From IMG/VR virus record IMGVR_UViG_2541047936_000008, positions 1-24,775 of that record: a DNA stretch of 24,775 nt. One strand, written 5' to 3'. Made by a program: the position numbers and the translations under genes. The notes below the pieces were generated by a model, which did not search any database, had not been told where the DNA came from, and saw nothing but the letters and a program-made list of their open reading frames with translations. Shown piece by piece: positions 1 through 8,103 of the stretch (positions are counted from its first letter, which is position 1; each line of letters opens with the position of its first letter). The stretch is from a virus (taxonomy: Duplodnaviria > Heunggongvirae > Uroviricota > Caudoviricetes).

Positions 1-708
1 ATGTGGGTCAATAAGTATATTGACGATTGCACTGATGAGGATTTAAACGATCGTGACTTTATTGCATCAGTTGTTGACCGGGCTATTTTTCATTTCGCGA
101 TTAATAGTATATGTAATCCTGGGGATAATAAAGATGCAATGCCCATTGAACAATGTACTTTTGATGTAGAAACTAAGAATGACCTTCCCTCCACGGTTCA
201 GCTATTTTATGAGGAATCTAAGGATAATGAACCTTTAGCGAATATACATTTTCAAGCAATAGGTTCTGGTTTTTTAACGTTTGTTAATGCCTGCCAGGAA
301 CATGATGACAACAGCTTAAAATTATTTGCTTCGCTGTTAATTTCACTTTCATATTCTAGTGCCTACGCAGATTTATCAGAAACAGTGTATATTAATGAAA
401 ATAATGAGAGCTACCTGAAAGCTCAGTTTGAAAAATTATCTCAACGTGATATGAAGAAGTACCTGGGAGAGATGAAGCGTCTGGCTGATGGGGGAGAAAT
501 GAATTTTGATGGCTATCTGGATAAGATGTCACATCTGGTGAATGAAGGAACGCTCGATCCTGATATTTTAAGCAAAATGCGAGATGCTGCACCACAATTA
601 ATTAGCTTCGCGAAGTCGTTTGACCCAACCTCAAAGGAAGAGATTAAAATACTTACAGACACTTCTAAATTAATTTATGATTTGTTCGGGGTTAAATCGG
701 AGAAATAA
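1..708 (+). CDS. yjbM: Uncharacterized protein, likely yjbM (gene immediately upstream of dusA)
   Basis: 235 aa ORF starting at window position 1; length and position upstream of dusA match my recollection of E. coli yjbM; followed by a hairpin plus T-run. Identity is by position and length, not sequence verification. Confidence 0.55.
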   Translation: MWVNKYIDDCTDEDLNDRDFIASVVDRAIFHFAINSICNPGDNKDAMPIEQCTFDVETKNDLPSTVQLFYEESKDNEPLANIHFQAIGSGFLTFVNACQEHDDNSLKLFASLLISLSYSSAYADLSETVYINENNESYLKAQFEKLSQRDMKKYLGEMKRLADGGEMNFDGYLDKMSHLVNEGTLDPDILSKMRDAAPQLISFAKSFDPTSKEEIKILTDTSKLIYDLFGVKSEK

Positions 709-749
709 TATGTGAAGTTCTTCGATAGTATGGAAGGCATTATATAAAA

Positions 750-778
750 GGACCCAATATTTATTGGGTTCTTTTTTC
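750..778 (+). terminator. Rho-independent terminator after the yjbM-like gene
   Basis: Stem ACCCAAT (752-758) / ATTGGGT (763-769) with 4 nt loop, followed by TTCTTTTTT. Confidence 0.6.
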
Positions 779-1070
779 TCTATCAATGCTATTAGCAGGG
801 AGATATATCACCAGAGTTTAATGTGTGATTTTTTATTTATCGTCGAACCTGGATTGTTTATCATTGGCCTTAACAAAGTTAACGGCTAATAAGATTATTT
901 CCATCACTTCGTGAGAGCTTCATGCCTTGAGAGGATCTCAATTTTCTTTTGCAATGAGACAGGCGCTTCCTGTTGTTATGGTATAGTACCCCGCTATTGA
1001 GCCTCCTGAATAGTGATGCTGAATAACATAACCCCATGATATATCGATAAAATAATCTCTACATTTGAAA

Positions 1071-1193
1071 ATGCACGGTAATTCTGAAATGCAAAAAATC
1101 AACCAAACCAGCGCAATGCCTGAAAAAACTGACGTTCACTGGAGTGGTCGGTTTAGCGTTGCACCAATGCTCGATAGGATGTACCGTTTTTGA
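1071..1193 (+). pseudogene. Displaced native 5' fragment of dusA (dusA'), left attachment-site side
   Basis: ATG at 1071 encodes MHGNSEMQKINQTSAMPEKTDVHWSGRFSVAPMLD then diverges and stops at 1191-1193; about 80% identical over ~105 bp to the start of the intact dusA at 23362; shared core ATGCTCGA at 1167-1174 and 23458-23465. Confidence 0.75.
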
Positions 1194-1318
1194 AAAACAA
1201 GTAGTTATACACTTTGTGGGAGCCTATTGGGAACCCGGTGTTTTCATTTCAAGGTGTAATCCATGCGGGGCATCAGAATGAGATATAATGAGATTTTTAG
1301 TGTTCCGCTTGAGAGTCT

Positions 1319-1855
1319 ATGATGCTTACCCTAGACGAGATAGGTCAATCTGTACGTAACAATATCCAGTTGATTATTGATCATGTCGGCTTACCTCTTG
1401 CTGTTGGTCCGCTCAGTGATGATGATTACAAGATTCTGTGTGGTGGCTATGGTGAGCTTGAATGGGACTATGCGTTAAGCACCTATGGCAACTCCAGAGA
1501 AAAGTATGAGTTCTGCATAAAACTTGTTCAGCAAGGTCGGGTTCAGGGAATACCATCAGGAGCAGCAATTTGTGTTTATGGGGTTGAAGAAAACATCTTT
1601 CGTATCCATATGATCGAAAGGTTTTCTAGAGAAGATGAATCTCACCCATTGAAAGGGCGCATGGTTTTACTCACTCTTATGAGTGCTTTTATATTTTGTA
1701 AAGCTGTTGAATGTAAAGTTGTCCACATTGTAGAGCCAGTACCAGAACTGGTGCAGTATTACGAGTCTTTTGGTTTCCGCATGGAACAGTGCGGTTATGT
1801 GATGTCTGCAGTCATTGATGAGCTGCAGGATATCTTTCTTAAATTTGCTCAGTAG
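1319..1855 (+). CDS. Hypothetical protein, possible GNAT-fold acetyltransferase (weak motif-level call)
   Basis: 178 aa ORF; C-terminal segment ...KGRMVLLTLMSAF...VEPVPELVQYYESFGF resembles the GNAT motif A and the C-terminal YxxxGF pattern; no search performed. Confidence 0.5.
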   Translation: MMLTLDEIGQSVRNNIQLIIDHVGLPLAVGPLSDDDYKILCGGYGELEWDYALSTYGNSREKYEFCIKLVQQGRVQGIPSGAAICVYGVEENIFRIHMIERFSREDESHPLKGRMVLLTLMSAFIFCKAVECKVVHIVEPVPELVQYYESFGFRMEQCGYVMSAVIDELQDIFLKFAQ

Positions 1856-2051
1856 GTATAGACGAGAAGGGTCTACAAATTGTAGGATACCCGTCCAGAT
1901 TACCTTAAAGGTACATCTATGGCAGTCGTTTTGTGCTTAAACTACTAAGAAACGATGTCACCAATCGACATGATCGATTGGCATAAGTTAGCTAAACAAG
2001 CTAGCTTTAAAGAGAGGGTTAGAGACGCCTTTACTGTCTCGGGAGTTTTCT

Positions 2052-2225
2052 ATGAAAGATCAAAAAGCAACCAAGCCACAGGTTAAGTTCGACACAATGA
2101 AAGCATTCGCAGGTATGGGTGCTGCTGTTGAAGTTCTGATGAAGGCTGCTCCTAATGCGTTCACTCACGCTACTGTCTCTGGTAAAGAGCAGCAGGGTAA
2201 GCTTCGTCGTCGCAAAGCAGCATGA
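2052..2225 (+). CDS. Small basic protein (57 aa), unknown function
   Basis: Below the ORF-track size cutoff, found by eye: GGGAG RBS 6 nt before ATG 2052; MKDQKATKPQVKFDTMKAFAGMGAAVEVLMKAAPNAFTHATVSGKEQQGKLRRRKAA; strong terminator directly downstream. Confidence 0.5.
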   Translation: MKDQKATKPQVKFDTMKAFAGMGAAVEVLMKAAPNAFTHATVSGKEQQGKLRRRKAA

Positions 2226-2244
2226 TCATAGCTGGTGCTTTTTG

Positions 2245-2272
2245 AAAACCCGCCTTTAGGCGGGTTTTTTCT
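2245..2272. terminator. Bidirectional rho-independent terminator between convergent genes
   Basis: ACCCGCC (2248-2254) / GGCGGGT (2259-2265) with TTTA loop, flanked by an A-run upstream and a T-run downstream. Confidence 0.7.
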
Positions 2273-2554
2273 TTAGTGATGTTCTTTGCCCTTCTGTTTG
2301 CCTGTTCTGACCTGTTCCCACTCGATACGTCCTTCTTCTCGTCTTTTGTCTATGTATTCCGCAAGATCTTGAATATTGATGCAACGTTTTGCTTTTTGTG
2401 ATGTGCCGATGCGATATGTTGGAACGGGCAACTTACAAGCGTTTGCTTTTGCTTCTGCCGTGGCTGGACTCATACCAAAGTATTTTTGACTAACTGCTGA
2501 GAGTTCAATGTTTAGGGTATTGAATTCAGCCATCAGTAAAAACAAGGTATTCAT
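2273..2554 (-). CDS. PrtN/AlpA-family small DNA-binding protein (pyocin-activator-like or excisionase-like HTH)
   Basis: 93 aa; MNTLFLLMAEFNTLNIELSAVSQKYFGMSPATAEAKANACKLPVPTYRIG... matches the PrtN family pattern (…LPVP.FR.G…) as I recall it. Confidence 0.65.
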   Translation of the reverse strand: MNTLFLLMAEFNTLNIELSAVSQKYFGMSPATAEAKANACKLPVPTYRIGTSQKAKRCINIQDLAEYIDKRREEGRIEWEQVRTGKQKGKEHH

Positions 2555-2590
2555 ATCATTTCTCCATCATAACCGGCTGCACCCGGTGAG

Positions 2591-3424
2591 TTACTTATTC
2601 ATTTCAATAATATTATTTTCTATCATTGATTTATTTAAAACCAAAGAAGGAGCAAGATGGTTGTCTATTTTAAATAATGCATAACTTTTAAACCGTTGGT
2701 GATATCCGTAACCAATAAGGATGCTAGAAAAATCTCTTAATTTATCTTCTTTAAGAACATGAAAATGAAATGGGTTGTCGCCATTTATGGACAATGAAGC
2801 ATCTATTATGCAGTATTTCTCTCCGTTGTCATTTGCATAGAAAAAAATATAAGACATTCTGTTTGTTAAGACAATGCCATTAAATTTTATTATGTCTGGA
2901 ATTATTTTGTTTTTCATATTTGGTGCCACATGTTTATTTTCAGAAATACATTTGATTTCATCTCCAGATGTCGTGATTATATAAAAATGAAACTTATCAG
3001 AAATATCTAACTTAACTACGCCATCATTATTATAAAGGCTGCTAAATTTTGGTAGTTCAACTTTTAAAGAATCATAGTTCTTTAGAAGAAGAGGGGAGTC
3101 AAATTTAATAACTTGTAGTATCCCTTTCCCTTCAACCTCCATATTGATTGAAGATATAGCAATTGCATTATCTCTTTTATTAGTCAGGATTATGGTTGAT
3201 ATATGCATGTCATATATTTTACTTACATTTGCTGAATACGATACTGTCACCTTTTTTGATATTTTTTGTACGCCAAAATATATAGTGAAGCCTGCGGCAA
3301 AAATAGATAAGAATTTAATGTCAAATAAGGACCATAACCACATTAGTTGCTCAATTGCTTCAGAGTTAATCATTTGCTTTACCATTATCGCTGTAATACA
3401 ACACATGTGCGTATATATACGCAA
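2591..3424 (-). CDS. AT-rich membrane-anchored protein of unknown function (start codon uncertain; internal Met starts at 3385, 3373 or 3343 possible)
   Basis: 277 aa ORF in a strongly AT-rich stretch; one N-terminal hydrophobic helix (LMWLWSLFDIKFLSIFAAGFTIYFGV) followed by a large soluble domain; no recognisable motif. Confidence 0.6.
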   Translation of the reverse strand: MRIYTHMCCITAIMVKQMINSEAIEQLMWLWSLFDIKFLSIFAAGFTIYFGVQKISKKVTVSYSANVSKIYDMHISTIILTNKRDNAIAISSINMEVEGKGILQVIKFDSPLLLKNYDSLKVELPKFSSLYNNDGVVKLDISDKFHFYIITTSGDEIKCISENKHVAPNMKNKIIPDIIKFNGIVLTNRMSYIFFYANDNGEKYCIIDASLSINGDNPFHFHVLKEDKLRDFSSILIGYGYHQRFKSYALFKIDNHLAPSLVLNKSMIENNIIEMNK

Positions 3425-3561
3425 TGCAATTATTTTGCAAGTGCTTCATTTACTATCTATAGCTACGTCACGTTATCGTTTAATGGTTCTTTATAGGGGC
3501 GGCAATAGTTAAAATTATCGCTTCCGTAAACGCCCCCGCAGGGGCATTTGCAGTAATGAAA

Positions 3562-4386
3562 TCAGGCGGTGAAAGTACCAATAAAGGTTTCTACTTTGCT
3601 GTCTTTGAATTTTTCAACAAGCAGATCACGAAATTCGTTAGCCATTTCTTCCTGCACTGCTTCCAGCTGAATAATGCGCAGAACCAGTACAGGGCGATCA
3701 CCAGTGATAATGCTGAGTCGTAATTTAAATGGACGTTCTTTCAGGCCTTCAAACGGAACGCATTTAAATTCAAATGCCACTGGCATAATGTCTTTGGTCT
3801 TCGCTTCGACAGACTCCATCAGGGAGCGTTTGCCGCTGAAGTCATTGTCTTCAAAATCAGCAGTCTGGTTCGCTTCAATTGTGATTTTACGGACCGCCGC
3901 AGCCGCTTTTGTTGCCTGAATAGCGTCACCATTAGCATCAAAGCCCACAAGGTAGTCGGCCCAGTCTTCAATCCATTCTGCCAGTGACTTCTGGGAGTTA
4001 CGCTCGCCGTTAACAGACAACAGGGCAGAGAACGGTGCTGTCTTTTTCAGTTTGAGAGTGGCGGTGTTATCTGCGTGACCTGGTTCATCAATAGTACCCA
4101 GGTTAAGCACACTGACTGCTCGCATATTATCGGCATCGATAAAGCAGCGGGTGCCTTCATCTGCAAGATCTTTAGAATAACGGGTAAAGTCATCGATGCT
4201 GGCAGTGGAAAGCGCACCACGGAAACGGAAGCGATTTAAATTAAATTTTTCCAGATCATGAATGCGGAAATTCTCAGGCAATGCCACAGCATCGGCACCA
4301 ATCTTACTGATAATTTCATTAACACCCTGAGCAGAAATAAGGGCATGGATTTGATTAATTGCGGTTGCGTCTAAGTTCTGAGACAT
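3562..4386 (-). CDS. DUF2303-family phage protein (YfdQ-like)
   Basis: 274 aa, the length of E. coli CPS-53 YfdQ as I recall it; family assignment from memory, not verified. Confidence 0.65.
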   Translation of the reverse strand: MSQNLDATAINQIHALISAQGVNEIISKIGADAVALPENFRIHDLEKFNLNRFRFRGALSTASIDDFTRYSKDLADEGTRCFIDADNMRAVSVLNLGTIDEPGHADNTATLKLKKTAPFSALLSVNGERNSQKSLAEWIEDWADYLVGFDANGDAIQATKAAAAVRKITIEANQTADFEDNDFSGKRSLMESVEAKTKDIMPVAFEFKCVPFEGLKERPFKLRLSIITGDRPVLVLRIIQLEAVQEEMANEFRDLLVEKFKDSKVETFIGTFTA

Positions 4387-4451
4387 AATAAGTCCTCACT
4401 ATATAAAGATATTCATTGATGAGATAAATAATCGGTTAATTAAGAACGATA

Positions 4452-4814
4452 TTAATGACCTGCTGCGCGGAGTTTTCCGTCAGGTTCACCGGCAAGAGTC
4501 AGTAATTGTCCCTGGTCTTCCTGCAGAATAGTCAGGCGACCACCGCGATTGACATACATCGGCGTTTCGGTGGTGTCTTCTTCGGAAATTTTCCCGCGGT
4601 TAGTCGGGCGAACATATGAGAGTTTGTGTTTGATTTTCACACGGTTCTCATCAAATGGTTCGATTTCCAGGTTGAGTGAGACCTTACCTTTGGTTTTCGT
4701 GTTCATCACACCTGAAGCGACTTCACTGAGAACTGCGCCGATTTTGGTTTCAAATACGCCGCCGTCCAACTCCCCGATAAATGCCTGCACATCAGTACTG
4801 CGTTCGCTAGCCAT
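4452..4814 (-). CDS. Phage early protein of unknown function (120 aa; possibly YfdP-like)
   Basis: Internal ATG at 4812-4814 preceded by GAGGAG RBS; the longer 197 aa ORF to 5045 is judged an artefactual extension; gene pairing with the DUF2303 protein. Confidence 0.6.
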   Translation of the reverse strand: MASERSTDVQAFIGELDGGVFETKIGAVLSEVASGVMNTKTKGKVSLNLEIEPFDENRVKIKHKLSYVRPTNRGKISEEDTTETPMYVNRGGRLTILQEDQGQLLTLAGEPDGKLRAAGH

Positions 4815-5407
4815 TTTGCTGCTCCTCATCATATCGACCCTGCAAGGTCGGTTGGTTTCTCCACAAAACAGAGAAGAACACCTGCGGTGGCAGCCGCCCG
4901 GATGGATTGGGTTATGAGCCCGTCGTCCGGTGATGCTCTTCTCTGTTTTGTAAAAAGAGCGGTACCAGCCGGAAGCAAGTGCACAAACTGGTACCGCCAA
5001 AGCAGTGGCTGTTGTGGTGGGGTTGTCACTCAGGCGTATGGTCAACCTGACAATCCGGTGTCCTCAACGGGGAAAGAGTAACCCCGCCATACTTACCGCC
5101 GCGCCATTTCGCGGATTACCACAACGCTGAGAGCACTTAGCCAGTTACGGCACCACACTTTGTCGCGGTTCCATAAATGCCCTCATCGTTGCACCCTGGT
5201 CTCTTCCCAGGCGTCAAACCGAATCGCCACGCTGGTTAGGCGTCTTATCAGCATCCTCATTGACTTGCACATTCCGGCTACCTGGTTTGTTTGCCCGAGC
5301 AAGGAGTGGATTGTCCCCTTTAACGTCCCCAGACCGCTAACGACGCATGTGCCATACGCCGTGTTACAACCAAATTTTGTTTAATCTTGCCTGTGGCATG
5401 TTTCTTT

Positions 5408-5442
5408 TAGATACATTATGTATCTCGTAGGTACATTGTCAA
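5408..5442 (-). promoter_or_regulatory. PL-like early-left promoter with overlapping palindromic operator
   Basis: On the minus strand: -35 TTGACA (plus 5437-5442), 16 bp spacer, -10 CATAAT (plus 5415-5420); perfect palindrome GATACATTATGTATC (5410-5424) overlaps the -10. Confidence 0.5.
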
Positions 5443-5445
5443 GTA

Positions 5446-5467
5446 TAAAAAAACCTGCCGAAGCAGG
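5446..5467 (-). terminator. Rho-independent terminator downstream of the repressor gene
   Basis: Minus-strand hairpin CCTGC-TTCG-GCAGG followed by a T7 run (plus strand A-run 5446-5452). Confidence 0.6.
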
Positions 5468-5480
5468 TTATAAATATTGA

Positions 5481-6155
5481 TTAGGCCTTTATTTGGTATC
5501 TTCTTGGTTTTCCTGAGAAAATTACTGTACCAATTATAGAGCAATTACCGTTAATCTTAATGTAAGGCTCAGGCCAGTTTGGGTTTAATGCTTTGAGATA
5601 ACGCTGTGTTCCATCTTCTATCAATCGCTTGAAGGTGGTTTCGCCTGTATCGTGCATCAATGCAATAACGTCGTCACCGTGGCAGGCAGGGACTTCGGGA
5701 TCAACAAAAATCATGTCTCCCGGGCGGTACTCATCAATCATTGAATCACCAATCACCCGCAAGATATAAGTCATTTCGCCACAGGGTACAGGGCAGGGAT
5801 AAGTTTCTGCTGTGCTCAAATCAACCTCAGAATAGCCAACTTCTTTCCATGCTCCGGCCTGTACCCATGATATGACAGGGACTAACGTTATTTGTTTGTT
5901 AGTAATTGAAACATCAGGTTTTTTTGTGATGTTTGTTGTCTGGTGTTCTTGATCAAGCCATCCGACAGGCAGGTCGAAACATTTTTCGATGTGCCGTGCC
6001 ATGCTGTCACCGATATTTTTAGTAGCACCATCTCCCATAAACCTGCTGGTCTGGGTTGGCTCGCGATCAATCATGGTGGCAAAGGAAGAATTCCCGCCAA
6101 CACCATCTCTCAGTTTTCTGGCGTTAGACCGCCGGATGTCATGGACTGTTTTCAT
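5481..6155 (-). CDS. CI-like prophage repressor (N-terminal HTH, C-terminal S24/LexA-like autopeptidase)
   Basis: 224 aa; GDSM serine motif and a lysine 38 residues downstream (TFKRL) as in LexA and lambda CI; divergent from a Cro-like gene. Confidence 0.85.
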   Translation of the reverse strand: MKTVHDIRRSNARKLRDGVGGNSSFATMIDREPTQTSRFMGDGATKNIGDSMARHIEKCFDLPVGWLDQEHQTTNITKKPDVSITNKQITLVPVISWVQAGAWKEVGYSEVDLSTAETYPCPVPCGEMTYILRVIGDSMIDEYRPGDMIFVDPEVPACHGDDVIALMHDTGETTFKRLIEDGTQRYLKALNPNWPEPYIKINGNCSIIGTVIFSGKPRRYQIKA

Positions 6156-6245
6156 AACGAAATTAAAACCTTTGTACCGATAGGGTACAAGTATCTTGAG
6201 GGTTCATCTCAATCATGTAATATGTATATCGGAGGTACATATTGT
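6156..6245. promoter_or_regulatory. Divergent repressor/cro switch region with operator palindrome and PR-like promoter
   Basis: Perfect inverted repeat TTGTACC-N5-GGTACAA at 6172-6190; plus-strand -35 TTGAGG (6196-6201), 16 bp spacer, -10 TAATAT (6218-6223); GGAGG RBS 6231-6235 before the cro-like ATG. Confidence 0.55.
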
Positions 6246-6446
6246 ATGAAAGCGTATTGGGACTCTTTAACCAAAGAACAGCAGGGCGAGTTGGCCGGAA
6301 AAGTTGGCTCAACACCAGGCTACTTACGGCTAGTTTTCAATGGTTATAAAAAAGCCAGTTTTGTGCTGGCTAAAAAACTTGAGCAATGCACGTCAGGTGC
6401 AATTACGAAATCTGACTTAAGACCGGATATCTATCCGAAAGATTAA
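6246..6446 (+). CDS. Cro-like small HTH regulator
   Basis: 66 aa, MKAYWDSLTKEQQGELAGKVGSTPGYLRLVFNGYKK...; divergent from the CI-like repressor; GGAGG RBS. The ORF track merges it into a longer ORF from 5943. Confidence 0.75.
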   Translation: MKAYWDSLTKEQQGELAGKVGSTPGYLRLVFNGYKKASFVLAKKLEQCTSGAITKSDLRPDIYPKD

Positions 6447-6477
6447 CAGAACACCTTCAATTTTTAACCACAGAACG

Positions 6478-7041
6478 ATGAGGCTAACCGTGGGTAAGCA
6501 TCACTGGAAAGTAGAAAAACAGCCTGAGTGGTACGTGAAAGCTGTCAGAAAAACTATCGCGGCGTTGCCGGGGGGTTACGCTGAAGCTGCTGAGTGGCTG
6601 GATGTAACAGAGAACGCTTTATTCAACCGCCTTCGTGCAGATGGCGATCAGATTTTCCCGCTGGGATGGGCAATGATTTTACAGCGCGCGGCTGGCACTC
6701 ACTACATTGCGGATGCTGTCGCACAGTCTGCTGGTGGGGTGTTTGTATCGCTTCCTGAAATTGAGGAAGTAGAGAACGCCGATATAAACCAGCGCCTGCT
6801 GGAAGTCATCGAACAGATCGGGAGTTACTCAAAGCAGATTCGTTCGGCAATCGAAGATGGGGTAGTGGAGCCACACGAGCAGACAGCAATTAATGATGAG
6901 TTGTATCTGTCAATTTCGAAGCTCCAGGAGCATGCAGCACTGGTCTACAAAATCTTTTGCGCTCCAGAAAAGAGTGACGCCCGCGAGTGTGCAGCTCCGG
7001 GCGTCGTGGCGTTTTGTGTCTGTGGAGAAACTAACGCATGA
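6478..7041 (+). CDS. CII-like early regulator (by position; possibly e14 YmfL-like); GTG at 6489 is an alternative start
   Basis: 187 aa ORF directly after cro, translationally coupled to the next ORF (ATGA overlap at 7038-7041); function assigned by gene order only. Confidence 0.45.
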   Translation: MRLTVGKHHWKVEKQPEWYVKAVRKTIAALPGGYAEAAEWLDVTENALFNRLRADGDQIFPLGWAMILQRAAGTHYIADAVAQSAGGVFVSLPEIEEVENADINQRLLEVIEQIGSYSKQIRSAIEDGVVEPHEQTAINDELYLSISKLQEHAALVYKIFCAPEKSDARECAAPGVVAFCVCGETNA

Positions 7042-7874
7042 ACAGTTTAACGGCAAATAACCGTTTGTCGCAACAGCTGGTGGTCAGCGTCGCTGAACAC
7101 CTGTTGTTACGGCATGAATGCAGATTACCAAATCACCTGGCTGTAAGTAACCACAGAGAACTTTACCTGACTGTGGGGGGCGAGTTGTGCAGGAACTTAA
7201 CCGCTGGTTTCGTGACGGAAGAGGACTTTATGTTCATGTTATTCGTTGGGAGCCAGAAACACAGCGCGTTATCTATCTTCGCAAAGACTACCCGCATGAG
7301 TGCTTTAGTCCTTTGTGGAAATTCAGGCGTGATTTTGTTGAGTGTGAAGGACCACCAGCACATTGATTCTGCCATTCCGGGACGTTACACTGTTCAGGCA
7401 CCTTATAAAGCGGGTGCCGGGATTGGCGTCCTGGAATTGATCAAGGCGATATATGACGCGCCAGCGTCTTTTTTATCGTCCGCATTTGCTCACATCAAAG
7501 TTATGGTGGGCTGGGCGGGGGCATCGAAAGATGCGCCGGTTTCCTTGATCACCGGTTACGCCAACCCCGTTCAGTTCACCACCAGCGAAATTGGCGTTTC
7601 CGGTGGTGGAAGTATTTCACCGATCAAGGAGGCTGCCATCATGGCTACTGTCCCAGCCCTCACTCGTCTGAATGATGAAGACTTACATAAACTCAGTTAT
7701 GTAACAACTGCACTACGTGCTCTGCGCAAGGTAACTCTTTCGGATCCGCAGGCACATCAGGTTCTGGTAGAAACCCTTCTTAACTTGCAAGCTGAACGTA
7801 TTCGTCTGGCGGATAAGGCTAATTTTCATATTCACCGTCTCCTGAATATCAGCGGAGGGCATCGTCATGCTTAA
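7038..7874 (+). CDS. Hypothetical early-region ORF; 278 aa as drawn but probably a composite of smaller genes
   Basis: Long ORF with implausible composition in places; alternative-frame ORF with strong RBS at 7187..7366 and an in-frame RBS-led ORF at 7641..7874 suggest several small genes. Confidence 0.3.
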   Translation: MNSLTANNRLSQQLVVSVAEHLLLRHECRLPNHLAVSNHRELYLTVGGELCRNLTAGFVTEEDFMFMLFVGSQKHSALSIFAKTTRMSALVLCGNSGVILLSVKDHQHIDSAIPGRYTVQAPYKAGAGIGVLELIKAIYDAPASFLSSAFAHIKVMVGWAGASKDAPVSLITGYANPVQFTTSEIGVSGGGSISPIKEAAIMATVPALTRLNDEDLHKLSYVTTALRALRKVTLSDPQAHQVLVETLLNLQAERIRLADKANFHIHRLLNISGGHRHA

Positions 7875-8103
7875 TCCGTTGCTCCTCAACATTTACCGTT
7901 TATTTCAGCGTAAAAAAATATCAACACCCACAGTTGGGCAGTGGTACACCACGCCAGCAGGGCATGTTCTACGTGTCAGCCTGGTTGACTGTGAATGTCA
8001 GAAGGTGATTTGTGAACCGCTGGGCCGCAATTACCGCGTCAGTATGCCGCTTATTGCCTTTCGCTCCGGAAAAAACATGAAGCATCTCGGAGGTGCAGCA
8101 TGA
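7867..8103 (+). CDS. Small phage protein of unknown function
   Basis: 78 aa ORF; start overlaps the previous stop (ATGCTTAA) and its stop overlaps the next start. Confidence 0.5.
   Translation: MLNPLLLNIYRLFQRKKISTPTVGQWYTTPAGHVLRVSLVDCECQKVICEPLGRNYRVSMPLIAFRSGKNMKHLGGAA

Noticed and set aside
1071..1193. A tRNA gene as the integration target
   Set aside because: No tRNA-like cloverleaf or T-loop motif was found at either end; the duplicated sequence is the dusA 5' coding region.
3144..3512. Plus-strand 122 aa ORF overlapping the start of the AT-rich membrane protein gene
   Set aside because: It is antisense to a better-supported gene, and its low-complexity Ile/Leu-rich product reflects AT-rich DNA rather than a real protein.
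4815..5045. N-terminal 77 codons of the 197 aa minus-strand ORF 4452..5045
   Set aside because: Composition is not protein-like and there is no RBS at 5045; an internal ATG at 4814 has a GAGGAG RBS and gives a 120 aa protein, so the extension is treated as noncoding leader.
4829..5384. Short ORFs inside the structured leader (4829..5029 minus, 4887..5081 plus, 5160..5384 plus)
   Set aside because: No RBS, implausible Arg/Pro/Cys-rich composition, and overlap with strong inverted repeats; more likely RNA structure than coding sequence.
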